In this document: piece after piece, positions 1 through 6,868 of the stretch
How positions within the stretch are numbered: position 1 is the first letter of the stretch
Layout of the letters: every line of letters starts with the position of its first letter
Assembly: GCA_030167865.1 (NCBI GenBank)
Contig: JALAGF010003307.1
Span: forward strand, 53,371-73,370
Source of the DNA: Craspedostauros australis
Lineage: Eukaryota
Direction: 5' to 3'
Length of the DNA: 20,000 nt
Position numbers and translations under genes: made by a program
The notes under the pieces: model-generated
Told to the model about the DNA's origin: nothing
The model's input: only the letters and a program-made list of their open reading frames with translations
Database searches by the model: none

Positions 1-663
1 ATGCACGAAGTTTGTTCCGACATTCACGCGGAAAATCAGAGTGGAATGTGCCCATCGTGCAAAGCGCCATTCGGCTCCAACGCGGACGATACTAGCATGG
101 ATGAAGATAGCGATGGCGCAGATTTCATGTGGCTTAATGCTGCCTGCTGTTCTCACAGCACGGATGCATCTGAAAGCACTTCGAGAGACGCTATTCCAGA
201 AGTCGTCGAGGGGTTGCCACAAACGTGTGATACTGAAGCACAAATAGAAGCAGCAGCAGCAGGAGATGATGAAGAAAAAGATGATGATCATGATGATGAT
301 GAAAAAGATAACATGAATTATCCACCGTGGCAGAGTCATGCAACGAGCAGTGCTCACCCACAACACCCAAGAACAGCAACGGCATCACCAAAACCAACAC
401 CACGGTCGCGAGTACCAGCAGTAGCACTAGAACGAGCACAGGAAGGCCGCAACGCTCCGGCAGTGACAGGACCGCACGAAACAAATCACGATGACCAATC
501 AACCAACAGCGACGTCAGTTTCAATCCTCTCTTCATGATGCAGGACGACACTGACGAAGACAGCGATGGAATGTTCCACGGCGCCCATCAACAGCCGATC
601 GGGCAGACAAGTATCCATGAACACGTCACATGCAGCAACCGAGAAGTGATTGAACTAGACTAA
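1..663 (+). CDS. Probable 3' part of a gene (5' end outside window): RING-like Zn-finger tail, acidic low-complexity region, terminal SIM-like motif
   Basis: Open frame from the window edge to TAA at 661-663. N-terminal HEVC-x11-CPSCKAPF resembles the last ligands of a RING finger. D/E-rich disordered segments follow, and it ends in EVIELD (V-I-x-L flanked by acidic residues). Confidence 0.5.
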   Translation: MHEVCSDIHAENQSGMCPSCKAPFGSNADDTSMDEDSDGADFMWLNAACCSHSTDASESTSRDAIPEVVEGLPQTCDTEAQIEAAAAGDDEEKDDDHDDDEKDNMNYPPWQSHATSSAHPQHPRTATASPKPTPRSRVPAVALERAQEGRNAPAVTGPHETNHDDQSTNSDVSFNPLFMMQDDTDEDSDGMFHGAHQQPIGQTSIHEHVTCSNREVIELD

Positions 664-672
664 AGCGGGGGG

Positions 673-688
673 AGAGAGACGTCTCTCT
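673..688. repeat. Perfect 16-bp palindrome AGAGAGACGTCTCTCT
   Basis: Read directly; starts about 10 bp after the stop of the first ORF. Confidence 0.8.
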
Positions 689-806
689 ACCTGTCTACGT
701 CCGCACAATGCCCATGTCACACCCGTCTACGCGCATGGTACCATACATAATCGTACCATACCCGTTATAGCTATCAGCATACATCCAAGGATGCATTTAC
801 AGATCT

Positions 807-836
807 CTCACTCTCTCCGGAGACAGAGAGAGTGAG
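807..836. repeat. Inverted repeat, 11-bp arms (CTCACTCTCTC / GAGAGAGTGAG), 8-nt loop
   Basis: Arms at 807-817 and 826-836 are exact reverse complements. Confidence 0.75.
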
Positions 837-1031
837 GGCGACAGAATTCTACAACGCAAGAGCCCAATCCCAGTCCCATCTGTGGAAGTTCCAAGAATCT
901 CAACAGCACCCTTGCAGCCGCACGAACGAACAAGAACGAAGAGAGCAACAGAAAGATACGAAAGCGGACAACAACAGCTTCCTCTCCGCACCACTCACGA
1001 GTACATTCATCTTCGTTCAACACAACTATTC

Positions 1032-1065
<34 letters not shown>
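1032..1065. repeat. (TAT)11 microsatellite
   Basis: Read directly; ends 7 bp before the left TSD copy, outside the retroelement. Confidence 0.95.
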
Positions 1066-1072
1066 GACGCTC

Positions 1073-1089
1073 TACTCCAGTGGGCATCA
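1073..1089 (+). repeat. Target-site duplication, left copy (TACTCCAGTGGGCATCA)
   Basis: Identical 17-mer at 9431-9447; the bases on both sides differ between copies; the two copies bracket the retroelement ORFs. Confidence 0.93.
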
Positions 1090-1257
1090 ATAAATAAAAA
1101 CGCAAAGATTAAACCCTCTTATGAGGCTGCGCCGAAGGCGCTTTTCTCCGCCTCCTTTCAACTTCGCGCCTGGCGCGAAGGGAGCACGGAATCCATAGAT
1201 TGCTCTGTCGTTGTACGTATGTATGTATGTATGTGTGCGTGTATGCGTCGCTGCCTT
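1090..1257 (-). other. Retroelement 3' UTR with (CATA)4 repeat, GC-rich hairpins and T-rich terminus
   Basis: Sense strand has the hairpin CTTCGCGC-CAG-GCGCGAAG (1162-1180) and a nested stem GAGGC..GCGCC-TTC-GGCGC..GCCTC (1123-1154). It ends ...TTTGCGTTTTTATTTAT at 1090. Confidence 0.75.
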
Positions 1258-4200
1258 CTAGCTGGGTTCCGGGTTCACATGCCTGCACTGTAGCCATCGG
1301 AAGAGGACGCCTGTGGCGGCCGCCTCACCCAATTGCCGTGCTGCTTGCTCCACCCACACCGCAACCTGTGCAACTTGCGCCTCTGCTGCCGGAGCCGTCT
1401 GCAAAAGTCGTCGATAGGAATCTGGGTCTTTCTCGAGGCGAAGCCGAAGTGATGTAGCCCTTTCGTGGAGGGCGTGGACCATTTCGGACTCGGCCGAGCT
1501 GTCACCCTGGAACATGGCGTCATTTCTGGCCGACCAGTGCTCCCAGGCGATGTGCCATATTCGCCGGACGACCTGTTGTGCCCATGTCGGAGCTGTTCGC
1601 CGGGTCTTCTGCTGCTGTAGGAACTGCTGTTGGATCGCTATCCATTTCGACGACAGGATGCCCTTCCGCAACGCTTGCGGGCCTACCGACTCCTGACTCA
1701 CGGCTGCCTCGTGGAGAGGACTACCGGGAGAGGACATCTGCAGATATGTGGACCCTTCCAGCTGACTCCGTAGCATTGTCAACAGCAGCGTTGTGACCGC
1801 CGGCGCCGTAGGGTAACGTCGCAGCCATCCCCCGAGCTCTCGAAGACGCCGCTTCGAAACTCCAAGTCGATCCGCTCCAGGGCAACGCCAGAAATGGGTC
1901 GCATCTTCCTGTCTGCCACAGCTAGGACACAGGTCGGACTTCCGTAACCCCCACTGCTTCATGCGCTTGCCCACTGGCGCCTCTCCGGTAACAAGCTTGA
2001 CCGTAAGAAGCCGCCTGACCTGATCCAGCTCTCGCAAGGACCGGCCGACGATCTCCCACTCGACCTGTTCCGGCCGCCGTACCACACCTCGTTGCCCAAG
2101 GACGTGAACCATGCCTTCGCATAGTGGACCTCGCGACACAGCCGAGTATGTTATCCTGGTGATTTTCCCAAGCGAGACGAACGATACGTGCTCTCCGTTT
2201 ATGTGCCCACTGTGGACCTCGCTCACCGGTATCGACTCTCGCGCGATGCGGGCCAACTTGTCAGCCACCACATTCATGCGTGCCCACCGGTCTAGGTTGC
2301 CCCATCCGGCGTCGTCGTCCTGATGGCCTTTCACATGCCGTCCCTGTACTGTAATGGGTATCGTGCTGCTCAGTGTTCGTACCGCCCTCTGCAAGTCGGC
2401 ATCCGTGGACTTGGGGGACAGAGCCCACTCGTGATCCAGGGCTTTGAGAGCCCCCAGGTTGTCACATCCAAGAACAATGGCGCCGTCGACGATCCCGTAG
2501 GCCATGCATATGGCATTGAGCATCACCAGCACTCCGTATATTCCAGCCAGTTCCGCCCGCTGCGATTGCATGACTTCGTTTGTCGCTGGTGCCAGGTTGA
2601 GGACAAGTAGCTGTGCTCCGCGTCCTTCATGATCGGCCAGAATGATCGCCCCAGACGCTCCTTTCCCTTCCGCCACTGAGCCGTCGCTGCAGGCTACTGC
2701 CGAACCTATCCGTATGGACGCCGCTATCGTTTCCCATTCACCTGCCTTTTCGTAGCGCTGCACTGACCATTTTGCTGACTGTGGCATTTCGCGCAGTAGT
2801 TGATCCACTGTCGCCTCGTCGGCGCGCACCGCCTGCAAGCCTTCACCAGCTCCCGTAACCACTATCCGATCTCCTTCCGTGTAGCCATCGATAATATGCG
2901 TTGTCATTCCCACTGCACCATCGGATGGCTCGTAGAGTTTGGCGCGCCTTCGCCGCGGAACCCGCCGGAGACAGAACTCGGGTTGCTCGCGCCGCATGAG
3001 ACGATCGCTTCCCGGATCCCATAGAACCGCCGGCACCTGCGATGAGTACTGCCTCCACTTGCCCAACGGACGGGCCAGCCGGGCGACTCTTGTCCTGGAG
3101 ACTTGAAACAGCCTTCGAACGACTTGGCCCCACTGCCTCCAGTTGGCCGGACTTACTGATCCTATCGGTGGCCATGCCATTCGGGATGTTCTGAGCGGGA
3201 TGAGTTCCGGACTCTCCGCTGCCGGGTGGAGGTGTTCTCCATCTACGCACGTGACATCCGACATCCAGAAGACTCGCTTTTTGATGCGGCACAGGTTGAT
3301 GGCCTGCTCGACTTTCCTGTCGAGCTTGAGGGCTCTGACGCGCTCCATGATTGGCGCATCATGTTCTCGAGGGGCATGCAGTATCCTTTGCTCCCACTGC
3401 ACTGTTACGCCCACCCTTGCTGCTTCCTGCCATACCGCCTTCATCCACGAGTCCGTCGCTAGATGTTCCCACCGCGCTGGGTCCTGTTGGAATACCTCTG
3501 GCATCCCCACCTGCAACGTCATGATCTCCAGTGAGGTCCTCATGAGCTTTCCAGTGAGGGTGTGCTGCCCCCAGTGCCTTGCGAGCATCTCGAGGTGCTT
3601 TGCCACCTGCACGTAGTAGAGGTGTTGCACGCCCAATCCAAAACGCTCGAGAGGGCCAAACACTATCCTTCGCGACATATTGCGTTGGACTCCAGCCGCT
3701 GGCAACGCTGCCTGGAGCACCGGCCTCATGATTCTCTCTGTGGCCTCCTTCGTGAATGTGGAACTGGTCAAAGGATACTCCAGAGTTTTCCAGATGGTGG
3801 CCTTCATGGCGATCCACGCGTGTGTTCTTAGCATGCGACTCCGCCGCACCTTGTCTGCCCACTTCTCCGCTTTCCCGGTGTAGTATGCCTCGTTGTCGTC
3901 TTGCACGCCGTCGTGCCGAACCATGACTCCCAGAGCTTTCCTGGCTTGGTCCACTTGCAGTCTCAAAAGGGTAGCTCTTTGCTGACTGTCGGGTTGCCGG
4001 ATATTGATGTCTCCTGGCTGTTCGTCGATACGTTTGTACTGCCATTGATTCCCGTCCCACTTGAAGACCATGAGGTACCAGTAGCTTTTGCTGGGCTCCA
4101 AAGCACCCCCTGTCGCTCTCAACATTCCTTCCCACGAGTCCACAACCCGTTGTACTTCCGCCGTGCATGCTTCGGGATCGTCGACGTCCGCTTGGACCGA

Positions 4201-6726
4201 GTGAATAAGGTCCGTATCGTCCACGAACGAAAAACACACGAGTTTGGTCGTCTCTGCCGTGATGGGACTCGTCGCGCCGAACCCGTAGCCTTTGGCTGCC
4301 ATCGCTTGCATGATTGGAGAGCTCATGGCCACCCATCCAGCCGGCGATATACCAAGACCTTGTAGCAAACCCTGCAGCTTTGTGCCACGTCGCGGATATG
4401 TTCTGGACGATTTTCCGAATCCGGTGAGAACGTGGTGCTGCATGGACTGAATGGCGGAGGTGACACTGCGGCTCACCGTGGTTGGAACGCCGAGACGCTG
4501 CATGCTGAGTTCTAGCGGCACGTGAGCCATTCGATCATAGCAACTTTTTGCGTCGTTGGAGCATATGCAACTGGGCGCAGCCGTCATCCTCACAATGTCA
4601 TCCGTCATCCGGTTGTTCAGGCTGACTTCTGCCGCACTTCGCTGCTTGCGGCTGCCGTATTGCTCCTCGGGCAGCATCTGGTGCTTCTCTGCATGCTTCA
4701 TCATCACTTTGCCTATCCATTTCAAGTTGGCGTTGAAATCCCCTTCCACCAGGCTGATGGTTCGAAATCTGGAGACTCGGAAGTTGCCGGGTTCCTTCAG
4801 CAAGGTGATATCCGTGCATACTAGCCACCGCTCCAGGTTGTAGCCCGTTCGCAGTGAGATCTCCCGCATGGTGGCGTCGACTTGCGCTAGCTGCTCGCAT
4901 TGCGCGTTGGCTTTCCACAGGCCGAAGTGTAAACCCGACGGCCCAGAAGTTGTCTTCTCTCGTGCCTTGGCCCACAGTCGCTGATGGCTTTCCAGCGTGA
5001 CGTCCATGTCGGATTCCTCCCACGGTATGTTGTTCGTTGGAGCCAGAGCTTGAATCAAGGCATCCTCGTGCTGCCCCAGCCTGTGACCGTAGCGCCGCTT
5101 GATGCCCTGCGCCCCTCCTTGCCTCATTTCTCTTTCCATTGCTGAGTTTTGCAGGGGAGTCACATATGCCTGCCGATACTTCGCTTCGTTCGCCTTCATA
5201 CATTGTGCTATGACCGCATGTTCTTTTTCGAAGACCTCTTCCTCTCCTTCCGCGTTGTTGGCAATCACCATCGTTACTTTGCCGCTGCTGTGTTCACCAA
5301 TTGCTGCTCGGATAGCTCTGAACGTTTCCACCACCTCCTCGCGCTTCTGGATGGTTGTTATTGCCGCTTCCGACGTGATGTTCCCGGCCTTGGCCATTTC
5401 TTCTGCCCTGGTTTGCAGGAATGTTTGTCTGTGTTTCAGTGCGTTCTTTTTCGCCGTCTTCCATCGTGCGTGCGCTCGCTTTCGCTTATCCTCTAGTTCA
5501 TCCATGTTGAGCGTGGCCGTCCTCGTAGTGATTCCTGCTTGCTTTTTGGCTCTCTCGTACCATCGCGAGCTTACTTTCTTGCCTCTCCTTCGCTTCCACG
5601 CCAGGTTCCAAAACTGCTTCTCCATCGCCCTGCGTTTGACCTCCGGAGAATATGGAACTTGCCCAGTGTATATTGTGCGTGCTCCTCTTTCTGCCTGCAG
5701 CATGATGCTCATTCTTTCTCGATCGATGGTTTCCATTGCGGTTGCTTGCCCTGTAGTGATTGTGTGTGCTGCTCCGATGGCTGCTCTGAGCGCCACTAAG
5801 CGTTGCGGGATCCTAGCTTGTTGGTACTGCTTCCGAACCTCGGCCTTGTACTTTCGAACCGTGATTGGTCGGTTTAGCTGTACTCTCCGCCCTTCGAATT
5901 TGGGAGTCGGCTTGCTGATAGATCCAAATATCGATTCTTGAGATATCTCAATCCACGCCGTTCTGTGGTCCCACATTCCAAACTCGCTGTATCCTGCGCG
6001 TATGACTTGTACCGATGCTGGCACCCATATGCCGTCGATCACCCTGTTCGAATTCGCCCTCACATTTGTTGATATGCCTGGGGCTTGCGGGTGTCGACTG
6101 AGGATCGCCTCCTTCATGTGCTGGCGGTCCATCATGGTCGCCATTTGGGAGCGAACCACCGGCATGTTAATATCACCTCCGACAATGACTGCCTCTCCGT
6201 CTTGCCTCCATTCCTGGATGGCTGCTTCCAAATCTTGGATTAATAGCTCGATGGGAGCAGTGTCGATGCCTTGGGACTCCAACCACAATGCCTGCTGATT
6301 ATAGACTGTGCCAGCGCTCTGACCCCCCTTGTTGGGGACATAAACGCTCACAAGTCGCACCGTGGTGTCCTGTCTGCCTCTTATGGCCATGCTTGTCCAC
6401 CTTCCCAGTTTGCGGGGATCGTTGGCCAGACTCTTGTATCTGCCTGCAACGTTTCCGATGATTACGCATGCCGTGCCTCCCCACTGTCGAATTCCACCAA
6501 GCTTCTCTCTTTCGTTGTATGCCAGAGCGTGCCTTTCTGTATGCACGTGTTTGTTTGCTCTCGCTTTCCACGAGTTCATCTTGCCCACCTTGGACCAGTT
6601 GACTCCTATCTCTGATAGCAAGGCCACGTCGAATTTCTTCTGCTTGACCCATTGCCACAGATCGTCGTTCTTCCAATGTTTCGATTCCGCCTGCAGGCAC
6701 CCCACGTTAAGAGCTGCTATTCTCAA
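1258..6726 (-). CDS. Retrotransposon ORF2 polyprotein: AP endonuclease, reverse transcriptase, RNase H, C-terminal zinc knuckle (true start uncertain; frame open from 6948)
   Basis: APE motifs: LNVG, LLSEIGVNW, VSVYVP, VGGDIN, RVIDGIW, WDHR. RT motifs: SGPSG, FRTISL, QYGSR, DAKSCYD, QGLGISP, FVDD (4216-4227), KALGV. RNase H: SDGS, SQRAELAG, CDN, HVKGHQD, NVVADKLA. Zinc knuckle CPSC-x7-H-x3-C followed by WEHWSARN. Confidence 0.96.
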   Translation of the reverse strand: MRIAALNVGCLQAESKHWKNDDLWQWVKQKKFDVALLSEIGVNWSKVGKMNSWKARANKHVHTERHALAYNEREKLGGIRQWGGTACVIIGNVAGRYKSLANDPRKLGRWTSMAIRGRQDTTVRLVSVYVPNKGGQSAGTVYNQQALWLESQGIDTAPIELLIQDLEAAIQEWRQDGEAVIVGGDINMPVVRSQMATMMDRQHMKEAILSRHPQAPGISTNVRANSNRVIDGIWVPASVQVIRAGYSEFGMWDHRTAWIEISQESIFGSISKPTPKFEGRRVQLNRPITVRKYKAEVRKQYQQARIPQRLVALRAAIGAAHTITTGQATAMETIDRERMSIMLQAERGARTIYTGQVPYSPEVKRRAMEKQFWNLAWKRRRGKKVSSRWYERAKKQAGITTRTATLNMDELEDKRKRAHARWKTAKKNALKHRQTFLQTRAEEMAKAGNITSEAAITTIQKREEVVETFRAIRAAIGEHSSGKVTMVIANNAEGEEEVFEKEHAVIAQCMKANEAKYRQAYVTPLQNSAMEREMRQGGAQGIKRRYGHRLGQHEDALIQALAPTNNIPWEESDMDVTLESHQRLWAKAREKTTSGPSGLHFGLWKANAQCEQLAQVDATMREISLRTGYNLERWLVCTDITLLKEPGNFRVSRFRTISLVEGDFNANLKWIGKVMMKHAEKHQMLPEEQYGSRKQRSAAEVSLNNRMTDDIVRMTAAPSCICSNDAKSCYDRMAHVPLELSMQRLGVPTTVSRSVTSAIQSMQHHVLTGFGKSSRTYPRRGTKLQGLLQGLGISPAGWVAMSSPIMQAMAAKGYGFGATSPITAETTKLVCFSFVDDTDLIHSVQADVDDPEACTAEVQRVVDSWEGMLRATGGALEPSKSYWYLMVFKWDGNQWQYKRIDEQPGDINIRQPDSQQRATLLRLQVDQARKALGVMVRHDGVQDDNEAYYTGKAEKWADKVRRSRMLRTHAWIAMKATIWKTLEYPLTSSTFTKEATERIMRPVLQAALPAAGVQRNMSRRIVFGPLERFGLGVQHLYYVQVAKHLEMLARHWGQHTLTGKLMRTSLEIMTLQVGMPEVFQQDPARWEHLATDSWMKAVWQEAARVGVTVQWEQRILHAPREHDAPIMERVRALKLDRKVEQAINLCRIKKRVFWMSDVTCVDGEHLHPAAESPELIPLRTSRMAWPPIGSVSPANWRQWGQVVRRLFQVSRTRVARLARPLGKWRQYSSQVPAVLWDPGSDRLMRREQPEFCLRRVPRRRRAKLYEPSDGAVGMTTHIIDGYTEGDRIVVTGAGEGLQAVRADEATVDQLLREMPQSAKWSVQRYEKAGEWETIAASIRIGSAVACSDGSVAEGKGASGAIILADHEGRGAQLLVLNLAPATNEVMQSQRAELAGIYGVLVMLNAICMAYGIVDGAIVLGCDNLGALKALDHEWALSPKSTDADLQRAVRTLSSTIPITVQGRHVKGHQDDDAGWGNLDRWARMNVVADKLARIARESIPVSEVHSGHINGEHVSFVSLGKITRITYSAVSRGPLCEGMVHVLGQRGVVRRPEQVEWEIVGRSLRELDQVRRLLTVKLVTGEAPVGKRMKQWGLRKSDLCPSCGRQEDATHFWRCPGADRLGVSKRRLRELGGWLRRYPTAPAVTTLLLTMLRSQLEGSTYLQMSSPGSPLHEAAVSQESVGPQALRKGILSSKWIAIQQQFLQQQKTRRTAPTWAQQVVRRIWHIAWEHWSARNDAMFQGDSSAESEMVHALHERATSLRLRLEKDPDSYRRLLQTAPAAEAQVAQVAVWVEQAARQLGEAAATGVLFRWLQCRHVNPEPS

Positions 6727-6868
6727 TACCGAACTGCTCTTTGTACGAGGGGAGTCGCCCCAGTGCCGATCGTGGAGGTTGTGCCCTTCCTGGCGCCCTT
6801 CCTCCGGGGTTGCATCCGTTAGGCTTGCGGGGGTGGTTGGTGATGCTTCTCCTGCCCCCAGCCTCGCT

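Noticed and set aside
1032-1065. (TAA)n tract as the retroelement's 3' tail
   Set aside because: It lies outside the 17-bp TSD, so it belongs to the host flank.
1213-1245. (CATA)n repeat as the element's terminus
   Set aside because: The element continues about 120 bp further to the TSD at 1089; the repeat is internal to the 3' UTR.
832-1293. 153-aa ORF with poly-Ile
   Set aside because: GTG start, runs through a microsatellite and across the TSD into the antisense 3' UTR; no protein-like features.
1500-1900. Restriction-like endonuclease after the zinc knuckle (Dualen/R2-type)
   Set aside because: No PD-(D/E)xK motif is visible; the region ends in the WxxWxxRN motif typical of APE-type elements.
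3359-5941. Long alternative-frame and antisense ORFs inside ORF2 (3359-4336, 4598-5203, 5099-5941)
   Set aside because: Expected shadows of GC-rich coding sequence; no recognisable motifs.
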